DNA of 64,000 bases from Eledone cirrhosa (Eukaryota): positions 349,680,001 through 349,744,000 of the forward strand of contig OZ024743.1 in the NCBI GenBank assembly GCA_964016885.1. Direction: 5' to 3'. Shown here one piece after another: positions 23,706 through 37,974 of the stretch. The number at the start of each line of letters is the position of its first letter. The stretch's first letter is position 1. The translations under genes were made by a program, and so were the position numbers. The notes under the pieces were generated by a model. It had not been told where the DNA came from and did not search any database. It was given only the letters and a program-made list of their open reading frames with translations.

Positions 23706-24618
23706 AATATATAGAGAGATAGATATAGATGGATAGATATAAATATAACCGTTATTTCAGGAACATTTTACTGATATTTCTAGCAGCTCAAACGTTAATG
23801 TAAGAAGCTTCCTGCCTGGTTCGTATATGAACATTTATATTGCTCTGGTATATTTTTCCAGATATCAAAGATCAGTACGTTCTGTCAATTGCAAATATAT
23901 TTAATCACTAATAATACGAATGAATGTTATATACAAGAAACAAAATTATACGGCAGGTTTATTTCCCTTAACTGTAATCAGATTTTGATTGCAAAAATAT
24001 TACATTTCTTTGAAATTTCTCCACTTAACATCCTAGGAAATCTTTCCCGTTGCAATTTAACAATGTATATTTAACATTTTCTCGATGGAAATAGATCAAA
24101 TACAGGCATGAGACATCGTATCAACGAGGTCGCTAAGATCTCTGACTCACTACTGAAAAATGATTATAAAAGCAGCATGCTGAAAGAAGTAGGAAAGAAC
24201 ATTAAAATACGGATACAACACACATTCTTGAAAGAGAAGCACAAAAATCAGTTTCCGCAAAGCAAATATTGATATCTGCTTCAATCATATTTCTTTAGAC
24301 ACTTTCCATGATCAGATAATTAACGATTTTGAAAAACATGGAATTGAAATAAACGAATCAAGAAAGCTGAATGCGAAATGTTCTAAATGTGGTATTCGGG
24401 TGGTTTAAAGAGAGTTTCTTTGTGAGCTACCATAGAAGTCCCCCATTCAATTTGTGTTGAGATAATGGACAGGTGGTACTAACACATCCTGAACCTCAAG
24501 AACTAATTAACTTGAACTATTAATTACTGAACTATTAATTACTTGAACTATTAATTACTGTCAAATTTGGATTCCATATGATATTTACATCACAACCCAG
24601 CTTTAGATAGTCAGATAT

Positions 24619-25209
<591 letters not shown>

Positions 25210-27439
25210 AAGAATTAATTTTATTAGACTTAAATGTTGGAGAGAAAAGGAAAATATTTTTACTTCAATCTTACATGATTAGCCTCCACCCTCTCGGTGG
25301 GCTTTTAAGCATGAATGTGTTACGAATGTTTCAATTATAAAATATATCTTAAGCAAATTATATAATTTGGAAGAAACTTGTCAATACAAAATAAAAGCTT
25401 CTCCGACGGTTTCGAGGTTGTTCCTTAAACTTACTTGTTCGTGACAGAGAATTCCACAGACGTGTGTATTTTTAACACTGTGTGACAAAGCCAGCCCTTT
25501 ACAGGTAGCGTTTGTCCGGCGGATTTCCATAGAGTTTCCATCTACCCAATTTCACTGATAAGATCTATGGAAAAAAAACTTATCCAATTCGTCCCGGAGC
25601 AATGTTTCGAATCCGAATTTTCATGACTGAGAAGCGAACCTAACTTTCTGTCAATATACTCACGGATATTTGAGCTCAAGAAAAAGTATGAAGTCTCAAG
25701 AGATAAATAGATTAGGCACACTTCTTATCGATATACACAAATCTTAGTTGATAGCAGTTGATTGAAGGTCATTGTAAGGAAGACTAACACATTTTGAAGT
25801 TTCCCCCTTATTACATATGTAAAGTATGTAATATTGGAAGGATAGAGTAAAATGAAATATATTTTCGCTGTTTGAAGCTCACTTTGATTTCAAATGCCCC
25901 AATAGCGGTTGCAGACAATTCTATATGAAAATAAATATACATTTTCAGGCCCACTCAAACTGGTGAGAGCCTTGCGTTTTCATGTGCCGTATTTGTCATA
26001 TCTCTACGAAATGTTACCATCGTTTACTCTGCTGTAAGTTTCAGATGCTCAGCTTTACATTTCCCATTGGTCATTTATCTTGAGCTCTCATATACAGCAT
26101 CGCTAAAGCTGTTTCACGAATACCAGACTTTGGATTGCCGATCAGTAAATATTTCAGCTTAGTTCGTTTCATTTTATCTGCAATCCTTGAGCTACAGATA
26201 TTTAAACTGGACAACAGTGGCATTGTTCTCAATTTTTTTGAGACGGCATCTATAGCGAACCCTTATTAAATGATGAAAATACTTTTACTCTAACTTTCAC
26301 TACACTGTTTTCCTTCATTTATTTATCCATACTTCAAGCAAATACTTTGTTATACACAAGATCAGTCAGTTTTTGTGCCATTGGCATTTGTGTTAGAGAT
26401 GCTAGTTGATAATTCATTGACGAATTATCTTTCACGTGATGAGAGGAACCGTACGTAAGAGAATAGTCTTCATCTCTTAGCACAGCTAAGGGAAATGGAT
26501 TGATAGTGATCCTGAACAAATGTGCAGCTTCACCTACATAGCTTAGACAATACGCTATTAGATCAACTATTCAAATGGAAATTATTTCATTATTATTTGT
26601 ACTATGAATTTGGAACTATTATTTACACTATCAACTTTTGTAATTACACTAGGAGATGTATATATTGGTTTGGTTTGTATAGGCTTTCTAAACCAGAATG
26701 TGCCAATAGATGTAAACAAGAAAGGAATAGCTAACAGTAAAATATGTAAGAGTAAATTTTCAGTGTTTCTTTGTCATAAGGTACGCAATATGCAGCGTGT
26801 GTTATATTCTCAGGGCTAGCTAAAGTGGGCTAACAAAACCAGGATGTTTTAACTATGGACTGCGCTCAGTATTGTTACTAATCTGCAAAACAATGACCCT
26901 ATAGATTATTTTTCACTAAACTACTTATTTGACTTCTGTACCTCTTTGACTCAGTATTACAATACAACATAAGGACACACTGATCATGTCTTGCAGGAAC
27001 AGCTGCATCAACAACGGGTCTACAAAGATTCCTTTCTATATATATTCCGCTTTGAAACAGCAACTTATCTGACCTCCGAGCGTCTTGAAAATAGAAGAGC
27101 ATACTGGAGTTTATAATTCTAAATGCACAATGTTCGAAAAAAAGTCGTAATGATCATGGCTGAATACTATTAATCATAGGCATGCTAGATCAAGGCATAT
27201 CTGCAGCTAAACAAGATTAATATCAACAATATTCGCAACAACAACAATATTTACATTTACAACAATAGCAACAATTATTACAATAATAACATCAACAAAA
27301 ACAACAACAAAATCTGCAGTGGCACCAACAGCAATCACAACAACAATAAATACTGCCAGAAGAACCACAAAAGCCACAGCAACGTGGTTGATAATATGTT
27401 GAGTGTGGTGTGGATTATTGTTACGTTCATAATATTCAC

Positions 27440-27699
27440 CTCTGTATATTCCAGAGCTCCAGCCTAAATCATAAGCGAACCGTCCTTCAGATATAGGAAA
27501 TGCTGGTTGCTTCAATAATTTCAAACCTAAAGGCATGGGTGTTGGTATTTGAGGTGTATGTAGTTCCTGGAACTCATTTTGACTCACAAGTCGATAGCCT
27601 CGCGTGTCCAGACCACCATTTAACTGAAACTGGAGCCATTTCTGCATATCTATTGAATTGGAGCATATGGTACCGGAAGGCCCTGCAGGTCCGAGCGAT
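27440..27699 (-). CDS. Beta-lactamase-related serine hydrolase, internal exon
   Basis: Acceptor tactttcag|A and donor G|GTGAAT; phases 2 and 1 match the neighbouring exons. Translation SLGPAGPSGTICSNSIDMQKWLQFQL...AYDLGWSSGIYRG, typical of the PAG(G/S)IxS..DMAKW segment. Confidence 0.92.
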
Positions 27700-27703
27700 C
27701 TGA

Positions 27704-27750
<47 letters not shown>

Positions 27751-27829
27751 TTGTCTTCTGAATATTTAATAATTGTTTCTAGCAAAATAACAGAACAAAG
27801 GGTAAGAATTTCAGGCAAGAATTAGTCGA

Positions 27830-27957
27830 TTAAACCAAGACAAGTACTGGATTGAGGAAGGATGAAAGTGAAAATATCAGCTCAAAGGGATTTGAATTCC
27901 GAACATAAACACCCGGAAAATACTGCATTTTGACTTCGGTCCAATGATTCTGCCAAT
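27830..27957 (-). mobile_element. Decayed SINE (major family)
   Basis: gtactgg...aaggatgaaag...gggatttgaattccgaac...gattctgccaatt. Confidence 0.55.
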
Positions 27958-28239
27958 TGGAATAATAATGACAATAAAAAAATAATAATAATGGTTTCAT
28001 ATATTGGCCCAATGGCCGATATATAAGGGGAATCACAAAGACAGACAGTGGGAATTTAAAATGAAATCGAGTGAAAATCGAAAATAACGATAACAAGAAA
28101 CAAGAAAAATACAATTAAAAAATTCCACAATAGAGGGTAAACAACCCATGGGCGATTCAAGTACACCACCACCAATCCTGAACCACCCGACGCTTCGAGG
28201 GTACACAGGAAAGGTACGCCTCTCCCTAACAAATAAACC

Positions 28240-28856
28240 AGCCTAGAGGCACATGCTCAAAGTAGGCCTATTCACCTGGGCCATTCTCGCCCAATTTGCC
28301 CACCTTTTAGCAAATATATAGGGGACACCACTTCTCTCTCCACCCATATCTTCCTTTCCAAGTGGAACTTGAAAAAGTTGACGTGGGCTTGGCCGAAGAG
28401 GAAAGTGTCTGTCTTCAAACCTTTCAGTCGCGTCCACCATACAATATCTTTTGTTACAGCTATGAGACAAAGGAAAACTGTCTGCTATTCCCGGCTAAAA
28501 GAAGGGAGCGGGGCGATCTCAACTCTGGACTCGGTCGATAGTCGGATCCGTCTCACAGGCGATAACAGCTATTCGACATAACTCCATAAGTCAGCTATAC
28601 ACGGGCAATGGACTTGTGTGTGCAAAACGGTTTCGTCGTTCTGCACGCATCTCAGACAGCTCCGTCTAACAGCACTACAGTGGCTATAGAGATTTTCACG
28701 ATCCGGCAGGGCTTCCCGATAGCACCGACAAGCGAGGGATTTCTGGAAATTTTCCATAGTCCACGGCTCAAAGGTTCTCCGGAAAAGACTGGCTAGATCG
28801 TTCTAATCAAAGCCTAGAATCTCTCCGAGAGCATCGTCGCACCTACCCACCACTAA
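28240..28856 (-). pseudogene. L1/Tx1 ORF2 C-terminal zinc-binding (zf-RVT) region
   Basis: NFQKSLACRCYREALP...SCLRCVQNDETVLHTQVHCPCIADLWSYVE (CxxC...HxxxxC). Confidence 0.8.
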
Positions 28857-30128
28857 TCTGTATATCTATAAAATTTACGCGTGTGTGTGTGTGTCTATGT
28901 GTCTGTGTGTTACTTATAGGGGCCTACATCTTACGACCGATTTTCATGAAACTTTACAGGCTCATAGATTAGTCATCGGGAAGTGTTTTCTATATATCAG
29001 CGTATTGTTTTTTTTATTCCGGGGTCATTCTGCAGATAAAAATCGATAGGGGGGGGTTACCTTTTTTTAGGTATCGAAAAATAAGAATTTTGGCTCTAAC
29101 TCTCACACTTTGCGATCGATTTCGTTCAAGTTTTAAATCAGAATAGAATTTATCATTGCACATCCTGTAATGGCTTTATATTTTGAATTTGTTGTTCCGG
29201 GACGGCGTGGCAGCCGCTTAAATATTCGAAAATACCACTTTTAGACTCAAATTTCCACTTTTTCGGCTCTAGCTCCCACATTAATCGCTAGATTCGATTA
29301 TTTCCCGTCTTAAAGTGGCTTTACATTTTGGATTTTGTGATCGGGAACGGCGTGGCAGCCGCTTAAATATTCGAAAATACCTCCTTTTCGCTCAAATTTC
29401 CCCCTTTTCGGCTCTAGGTCCCATATTTTTCAACCGATTTCGTTCAAATTCGAAACTTCGGCTCCACCTCACACATAAATCAATTTATTTGGTTCAACTG
29501 TTATACTACGATAGAACCTATCATTAGCTCCCACATTTTTCAACCGATTACGTTCAAATTCGAAACTTCGGCTCCACCTCACACATAAATCAATTTATTT
29601 GGTTCAAATTTTATACTACGATAGAACCTATCATTGCGCATCTTATAGTAGCTTTACACTTTGCATTTTTTGTTGAGAGACGGCGACTTATCATTAGCTC
29701 CCACATTTTTCAACCGATTTCGTTCAAATTCGAAACTTTGGCTCCACCTCACACATAAATCAATTTATTTCGTTCAACTTTTATACTACGATAGACCCTA
29801 TCATTGCACATTTTATAGATGGTCAAAGGCAAAAAGATGGCCACTGACGTCGTCTGAGCTTTTAGTTGTGTATTTGAGAATTCATCTGTTTCCAATCAAG
29901 TAGCGTGAGGAAATTTGGCTTAGTGTTAGATGACATTACCTCCCTCCCCAGCATGCCCCTTCGTCAGTCACCCGCATTTCTCAGTGATAGAGGTCATCAC
30001 CACCCTCCCCCACATGGCCTGTATGTGGCCATAGATGAGTCATCGAGAAGCAGTCGCTAAGATCAACATCTTTTCATCAAAGCAGATATTATTTTACCTA
30101 CCCAGGCAACGCTGGGTACTGCTGCTAG
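28857..30128 (+). mobile_element. Non-autonomous Helitron
   Basis: Canonical ends: A|TCTGTATATCTATAAAA at 5', and hairpin ACCCAGGCAACGCTGGGT then CTAG|T at 3'. Inserted between A and T with no TSD. Removing it rejoins the Tx1 sequence (...ELYRGLVGG.CDDAL-like). Internal ~120 bp subrepeats at ~29400-29815. Confidence 0.9.
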
Positions 30129-30129
30129 T

Positions 30130-32334
30130 CCTCTATAACTCTGTAGAGTGGACGTTCCACTGACCGCAATCCCCGCCTGGTAGAGGGCAACATTCGAGAT
30201 GCCAGGCGCCCAGTTTCGGTCCTATTTTGACTCAGGACTGCAGCTCAGTCAACGAGACGAACCGTGGAAAGACCCGTCTAAAAAATGGTGACCTCACCAG
30301 TTCACCTTTTAGGCAGGATATCTGGAGATGCCGCAGCCTGAGCGCATGTTTGTGCATCATTAGCCACGACATTCCCAGCCCTCTACGTAGAGGGAGCTGG
30401 CAGCAGATGGACCGCCTCACCAACAGCACCTGTCCCTCCACAAAATTTGAAGAGGAGCCGTTCCAATTTGGCGAGGCGGGAACGGAGGCAAGGCGCCACG
30501 TTCTGGCAGTAATAGATGACGGATGTGATGTACGCAGTCGCTACTCCCGCTTGACCTTTCTGGGACAGTTTCCTTTCGGCCCATTTCTGGGTGAGAGTGG
30601 CTAACCTGATCGTAACCTCGTCCCAATTCTTAACCACCTAGATATCTAGTCCGAACCAGATCCCGAGCAACTTTACCAGTGCGTCCGTCCATCACCCTAC
30701 GACGCAGTTGAACGGCATAGGCCTGCCTCTCCAGGTGCCAAGCTGCAAGTCCTCCGACTATTCTAGGTTCAGTTTCGCTGCCATCAACCTTTCATATTCC
30801 TACAAGCAGGTGCCGACAATCTCGACTTCCGAGGTGTACGACACCATTAAGCTGATGTCGTTCGCATACGCCGACACTGCCCTTTCATGTCCCGGTTCGA
30901 ACAGGGTGCTCTCCAGCAGCTCCAGCTACCGCAGAAAAGACTCAAGAATCAAAAGATACACGAGAGAGGAGAAAAGGCGTCCTTGTCGGACCGATCGGGA
31001 GATCTGAAATGGTTCCGAAAGATGGCCATTAACTTTGATCAACGAGAAGATGTTGCAGATCCAGCCTCTGAAGGTGCGACCGAAGCCAACTGCCTTGAGG
31101 TCTGCGCCAGGTATCGATGGTCGACTCTATCGAAAGCTTCCAATTTATCTAAATTGATCAGAGCTCCAGCGAAGCGAAGTTTACACCAGACCCTCTCTAT
31201 GATGTATCACATGAGGTGGAGGTTATCGTTTATGGATCTGGTTAGGATTGTGCAAGTTTGCGCCTCCACTACTGAATCCTCAAATACAAGTGTCAACCTC
31301 TTCGCTAACACCTTGGCAAAATCTTAAACTCTATGTTTACCAGAGTTATGGGGCTGAAGTTGTCTAATATATCGCTCTTGTTCCCGGTTTTCCTTCTTAG
31401 TGTCACTACGCCCGATTCCGCTCCCCCGAACAGTTGAATAAAGTGCTTACAAAAGGCCTCACACATCTGCCTGGAATCGTTCAGCTTGCATTCGTCTCGG
31501 TCAGTAAAATACCAAATTGTGGTTTTATTACCACGCTGCGCCCATCGAACGGCTGTCGTTCCCTCCTTTCTTAGAGCATGCGCTTTAGCTATGTCAATGC
31601 AGTTTTCGTGATTCGCATTAAAGAAATGGTCTAGTGCCGTTCTCGCAGCTAGCACGCTGGTTGCAATGCCACTTCTAATCGCCTCATCAACCCCCCCCCC
31701 TCCGTTTTATTTTTTCCTATTGCTATTTCTTTGCTGAATACTTTGTATTCTACTCTAATCGCTTTCGAGAGACAGCCCCACCACCTGATGTTGACGATGC
31801 CTTCTGTCAGCTGCTGCTTAACTAATTTGCTAATCCGGTCACTGGAGGCTTTACGCACCAGGAACGACACGTTAAGCTTCCAGTAACCGAGTCCCGGTCT
31901 GTGTGTTCTATCTAGGTTGACCTTGCAGATCACAAACTTGTGGTCTGAATAGGTGACCCTATGTAATTGTGGACATACTATACTATCTTCATCAACTAAC
32001 TTAATTAGAAACCTATCTAAGTACGATCTAGATGTCCCTAAGCATTTAATCCAGGTCCACACTGGCGCATTAGTGAAGTCTATTTGATAACTGTCAGATA
32101 TTTGAAACTGGCTGAGCAGGGCTTTGAGGTTTTTGCACCCTCCGCTTCTATCGGCTACTCCCACACAGTCCCAGCGTGTGTCCAAGATGCCGTTCCAGTT
32201 CCCCGCTAACACTAAAGGGCGAGACAATCCCAGAAAAGCTTCTAGGTGCCTAAATAAATCTGGCTGTCCTGCCCCACTCTGGGCGTAGACGGCCACCGGT
32301 CTAAAGGCACCACCAACTTACTATCCGCGTCTAG
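30130..32334 (-). pseudogene. L1/Tx1 ORF2 endonuclease and RT remnants
   Basis: AVYAQSG...LVLAGNWNGILD...WTW...SYLDRFLI...YSDHKFV...YWKLNVS (APE); FSPITLVNIEFKIL, INLDKLEAFDRVDHRYL, SAYANDIS, KLLGIW (RT). Many frameshifts. Confidence 0.88.
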
Positions 32335-32479
32335 GAATTCAATTCAATATATTTGGCAGAAAATAAAACATAGATGCTTCAGATGCCATGTAAGGAGGGG
32401 AGGGGGGCAACATTTACACAGTCTGAAACACAGTGTCTAACACCGGTCCAATTTCGCCTTGAATTGTTGCGTGGTTGAC

Positions 32480-35235
32480 GCGTTGACTACTTCTTCTGGA
32501 ACCCGATTCTAGAGTCCAGAGATGCGGATCGAGAAAGCAGCTTTCCGTCTATTTAGGCGAAATCGGCGGTGAAACAGCTTTTGGCCATGTCCACGTAGAC
32601 CCCTTTCAAGTGCCAGAGTGAATAGCAGATCTTAATGGCCATTGAGGGAGATCGTAATGACCATTGAAGAGATTATAAGCCAAAATGAGATCGCCTCTTA
32701 GCCGTCTACGCTCCAAGGAGAAGAGGTTCAGCTTCTGCAGCCGGCTTTCGTAGGGCAGCTCATGAAGACCCTGTACCATTCGAGTCGTTAGTTGTTGAAC
32801 TCTCTCCAAGTGATGGATATCCCGGATGAGATATGGGTTTGATGCTTGGATGCCATATTCTAGGTGCGGTCTCACGAGAGCGACATAGATAGGCCTGAAA
32901 ATTTCTGGAGTGAGTTTGGCAAAGGAGCGTCAAATAAGAAAAAGAGAGCTCCTTCCCTTTTGAATGCAATGTTTTGATGGTTTGAAGGACGAGTCGACCA
33001 GCATACCAAGATCTTTAGTCTCCTCAACCTCCTTCAAAGGAGCAGAGCCATCGTTGAAGGTAAGAGCTGAGTTATAAGGTGTATCTACTGCCATATGGCA
33101 ACACTTATCGACATTGAGGTATAAATCCCAGTCAATGGACCAACTCTATGCGCGCTGGAGTCTGGACTTGAGATTATCGATCTCGCCCCTACGGGCTACC
33201 ATTTTCACATCATCTGCAAATAGAAGTACGTTTCCAACAATCACGTCCGGCATGTCGTTGATGTATAGAAGGAAGAGAATTGGGCCCAACACAGAGCTCT
33301 GGGGAATGCGGCTGCCTACACCCACCCCCAATGATAGACTGCCATTGATCCGAACTCTGCAAGTACGACCCTCAAGAAATTATCCAATCCACTTTATAAT
33401 CGAATCATGGAGACCATAGTAGCTGACCTTATGCAGGATCAGGCGGTGGTTGACAGAGTCAAAGGCTTTTGCGAAGTCGAGAAAGATAATATCGGCCGCA
33501 TCTCCATCGTCTATTATCCTCGTCACCCATTCTTCTATCACGAGTAGGTTTGTAAGACAGGAACGTTTCGAGATGAAACCGTGATGAGATGGAGAGATGG
33601 CAGTGAAAGACGCAAGATGAGCCATAATTGCCCGCTTGATTAGAGATTCCAAGGCCTTACAGACAATTGAGGTGAGGCTCACGGGTCTGTAGTTCCTCGC
33701 ATCTTCTTTGTCGTCTTTTTTAAAGATAGGGCAAATTGTAGCTACTTTCCAGTCGGCAGGAACAACTCCGGTAGCCAATGATAGGTTGAATAGTGTGGCT
33801 AGAGGTTTAGCAAGGTTGGGTGCAACTGCACCCAAAATCGTTGGATGTAGACCGTCTGGAGCATGCCCCTTATTCACATCTAAGGACAAAAGCAACTTTT
33901 CCACCTCCTCCGGTCTGACGGTGGTTGACTGCATTGGTGGGGCGATCATGTTTAGATTTGGAGGTTCTCTGCCATCGTCCTCCTTGAAGATATTTGCGAA
34001 AACATCGGCAAAAAGAGAAGCTTGTTGGTCAGCGGGTTCAATAACTGCACCTTCGGGGTTTCGGAGAGTGACAATTTGGTTATTCAGTTTTTGATTTCTC
34101 TGCACGTGAGCATAAAAGCACTTTGGATTACGACCGGCATCATTTGCAAGTTCCCTTTCAAAATTTTGCCTTCCAATTCTGGAAATATGCTCGACATGAT
34201 TTCGCTGGTTTCTGTAGACTTCAAATGCCGCCGCAGACATGGTCTCCAAGCAGCGTTTCTTAACTTCCGTTCGCGGATAATTGTCTTTGTTATCCAGTGT
34301 TTGTGTTTCTTGCGTTTTGGCGTTCTCAGCGGCACTGCCATTTCTGTTAGCCCAAGTAGAATTTCCTTTATTTCTCGCCACAAAGTTTCAACAGACTGAT
34401 TTTCAGTTAGGCTGCGCCAATTTATCTCGTTGGAGGCCATTTTGATAAGATCATGATTCATAGCAGCAAATATTCTTCTCGGCTGATTCGAAACGGGAGG
34501 CGGTGCAGGCGAAGTATGCATGCTAAAGCTCAGTACTGCATGATCGCTTTTCCCAAGTAGAGACAGAACTTGCAGAGACGATACGGATCTAGGATAACAG
34601 GAGAAGATAAGGTCTAGTAACGACGGTCGTTGACCACTTCGAGCCCTTGTCGGTTTTGTAACATGCTGGCAGATGAAACATTCTTCCGTCGTATCGAGCA
34701 ATAGTTGGTCGAAGTTATTGTTGGACATGCACACATTTGAGTTCCAGTCTATAGTCGGGGTATTAAAATCCCCGAGTATAAAACAGTTATTTGGACACCT
34801 TGAGACAGCTTTCATTGCATTAATGAGACTCTGATCTTCATCTGTTGTAGAACCAGGACTGCGATAGATGGAAATAACGGGAATAGTTTCTCCACCCACA
34901 TTAAGACTGCAAAGAACAGCATCAAAGTTCTCCGAAAGTACGGTGTTCGGTGCTAGAGGTTGACGGGATGGTTTGAGCGATGATCTTGCATAATCGATAA
35001 CTCCCCCACCTTTTCTTTGAGATCTGTCACATCGGAATGTAGTAAAGTCAGGAATGTGAATCTCTGCATCTTTGACTTCTGAATCTAACCAGGTTTTGTA
35101 TATGACTATGAGGTCTGCCTTCTCGTCTTCAATAACGGAATGGAGATCATCAAGTTTGGACAGAAGAGAGCAAGCGTTGGTTAAAATAACTTTGAATGAG
35201 TGATCAAGGGACGGCGATTTAGGCTTTAATCGCTT
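32480..35235 (-). pseudogene. CR1-like ORF2 (APE endonuclease + reverse transcriptase), frameshifted
   Basis: LTNACSLLSK...KTWL...GGGV...IYRSP...ILGDFN...LLDLIF...SDH; PDGLHP...WKVATICPIFKK...NYRPVSLTS...HGF...FLDFAKAFDSVNH; PQSSVLGPILFLLYINDM...FADDVK; RPHLEY...LFSLERRRLRGDLI. Confidence 0.93.
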
Positions 35236-35354
35236 TTTGGGGATCTTCGGGAGGAAGTTGGAGGGCTTCTTGCACACCTTCTCATCTGAGATGGCTGTTT
35301 CTTCTGCCAGGGAAGCTTGGAGTGTTTGGATATCGTTATTGGTGCCGCCCAAAA

Positions 35355-36318
35355 GTAAGAGTGTACTATCTTTCCGTTTCTTATCCGCAGACCAGTCTCT
35401 CCGGCAGCTATGCGAGACCTGAGTTCTGTTTTCAAAGTTCTACAGCGGATTCTTTCTTTTAAGGAGAACTCCTTCCGAAAATCCAATTTACTACCCCGGT
35501 AACACTTTCTGGCTTTGGCGAGGAAGTCCTCTGCTTGCTGAGAAGTAGAGAATTTGACTTTGATGGGTCGGGGTCTTGAGTTGAGATTTCGTTCTTCAGA
35601 TTTTTGGCCAATTCTCACGGCTCGGACTTGTGTCTTGTCATCTGAATCGCCAATAGTGACTTTGATAATGTTCGTGATAAACTCAAAGTCTTGGTGGTAC
35701 CTCTCCTTTTCAGTATTTGCTCAGCTTTCGGAAACTCCGTATGCATAGACAGATTTGTTACACTGTTGTTCTTCAGCGCTGGCAGCTGTCTTGAGGGTAC
35801 CACATTTACCTGTAACATAATGGCGACCGTTTACTGAGTTGACCCGATCCGCTTCATCTTCAAGCGGACTTGTATTTGACGTAACAAAATTATCTGCTGA
35901 GCTGATAGGGAGACAAGGTTTGTTTTGATCATCAACCGTGTCGGAGTGGCGGTGTCGTCTTTTGGACGACCGCCAAACCCTGGCAGGGGGATTTACAGTG
36001 TCTTCATCAGAGATTAAACCTGCATCATTCATCGTGGTAGATGCACCTGCGGGAATTTGATGAGTAGATGAGACCAATGTGCAGCATCTGCCATCTTCTT
36101 GCTTTGCTTCTTTTGGCGCTTCGGTTTTGCATTAACGTCTTCGTCTGGGAAGATGCAGATTTAGACGGTCTGGAAGTCGCATCATTAGGAGGTTGAAGTG
36201 ATAATATCGTTTCTACCATAATCAACATCTTTGACATGAGGTCATTAAGCTGAGTTTGCAAATTAGCGTTTTTCAGTTCGATTTGGGTAAGGTTCAATTT
36301 CAACCGCTTAAATTGCAA
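35355..36318 (-). pseudogene. CR1-like ORF1 (coiled coil + RRM-like region), frameshifted
   Basis: Coiled coil LNLTQIELKNANLQTQLNDL; SVYAYGVSES; VRIGQK...RPRPIKVKF...LDFRKEFS...LRIRNGKIV. Confidence 0.7.
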
Positions 36319-37271
36319 TTATAGATCGGTGGCATAACATTACGAGAAGTTTGGACAGCCGAGCGAGCTCTTGTAGTTGCATGCATTATTGTGCTTAGAA
36401 AATGTACACACGTTGACGGTTGGAGTTGAAGAAAAAGAGAGTATAATCCACAAATTCGTAGAACAATCCAAAAACAGGGGGGAAAAACAGCAGCAATAAA
36501 CCTCTTTGGATGAGTAGTCGAATCAATTTGAACCGTTAAGCACCAAAATTGGTGTGTAGTTTATCCGTCTTGTATAGAACCTGCACGTCAACAGTTTAAC
36601 ATCAGTCTAGAGTTCTTGGTTTGTCGTTGTTATTGCTGCCGTTTTCCTCACTCGTTTCATTGTTGTTGGTGGTGGTGTTGCTAAATTCGTTGTTGCATGT
36701 TGTGTTTGTAATTACGTTTTGCTGGTCCATAATTTTGCTTCTAATTATGTGACCCCCCTCTCAACCTTTAAGTCGCTATCACAAGACGGCAGACTTAGTA
36801 TTGGGGGCGTGTCTCGTCCATACTTTTAAAAATAGGCAAGAAATATACAGTTAAGAAGGAAAGGGAAGTAAAATAGAAGCTGGAAGAGATAGAAATATAC
36901 AAACGTTGATAAAAATATTTTCCGTTTGGACGTTAAGTCAACGACGAGTTGAGCTAATGAGATAAAAATATGTATACGGATGTTTTGTACATAACGTGTG
37001 AAGCGGGTTACACTACCAAATAATTCAAGGCAATTTTGAAATTAGGCGTGCCATTCGGAAAGCCAAACAGACCGCAATTTCCAGTTAGTGTTTGTAAAAT
37101 GAATTCTACTAGCGATGCTGATGGTGATTTATAATATAACATAAAATGTTTCTATTTACAAAAATGCGTCGAAAACAAAATCATTAATAGTTCGTGGGAG
37201 TTAAAACTGGTAAACATTTCACTGGTATTCGGACAATTGTTTATCCCACCTCAAAACGACAAACGTATGCA

Positions 37272-37540
37272 GATGAACCAGTCCTTTCCAATGCTGGAAG
37301 ATTGACTTTACTTCGAGATCCAGGCCTTTCCTAAGCAGCACTGCCATCCAACCTCCCATTCCTGGCCGAGTAAGAGATGCAAAGATCTGATAGTCGTCGA
37401 AAATGCGTGTCGTAAATCGTGGTCTCGCTGATGGTAGTCACATCCATATCTAGTGATCTGAGTTCGTTCAGCAAGTGACCCTGCATCCAGGGTAACCACA
37501 GGCCACGAACATTTAGACATCATCCTCTTAATATGGACAT
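37272..37540 (-). pseudogene. L1/Tx1 ORF2 N-terminus (start of APE endonuclease)
   Basis: MSILRG*CLNVRGL...DVTTISET...GGWMAVLLRKGL...GLVH, which continues as LDAD...AFRPVAVYA at 32334. Confidence 0.82.
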
Positions 37541-37974
37541 GCTGGCAGGCTAAAAAAAAGAGGAAAGATCTACTTACCTCCCTGGGGCTTGTGGAGGTCT
37601 AATGTTTCTATATGTGTTCACTGGCATCCGCACTATCAGCAGTGTGTTGGGCACTTTGAAGTTGCAGGTGCCAAAGATCTCCCTATTTTTCTCAATATCT
37701 TGCCTTCGTAATACAAAGGTCATAAATTTTTTGTTTGCCCTTCTTAGTAACACGAAGTTGGGGGTTTCTGTTGTTGTTAGTGCCTGAATGTATTTCCATT
37801 TGTGGGGCTTGAGATGCAGCTGTGTCTCCGTTGTTGTTGGTGGTTGTGTTTTTGTTGACGGTTGTGGCGTTGTTTCTGTTGTGGATGTGTCTGTATTTGC
37901 CGTGTGTATGTTTTGTGTGCTCGTAGGTGTGTGTGTTTATTTTTCTTCTTGTGTTTCCTTCTCACCAGCAACAA

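Larger units (their letters stand above)
32335..37271 (-). mobile_element. CR1/L2-group LINE, near full length (ORF1, APE, RT) with a (TTGAA)n 3' tail; 5' boundary approximate
   Basis: 3' tail ...ATATTGAATTGAATTC at 32335-32350. The Tx1 APE reading resumes at ~37272. The segment 36400-37271 may be 5' UTR or a separate insert. Confidence 0.85.

Noticed and set aside
24505-24560. 16-17 bp x3 minisatellite (tgaactattaattac)
   Set aside because: An ordinary slippage duplication with no further signal.
33708-34399. Plus-strand ORFs 33708..34094 and 34022..34399
   Set aside because: Antisense shadows of the CR1 ORF2.
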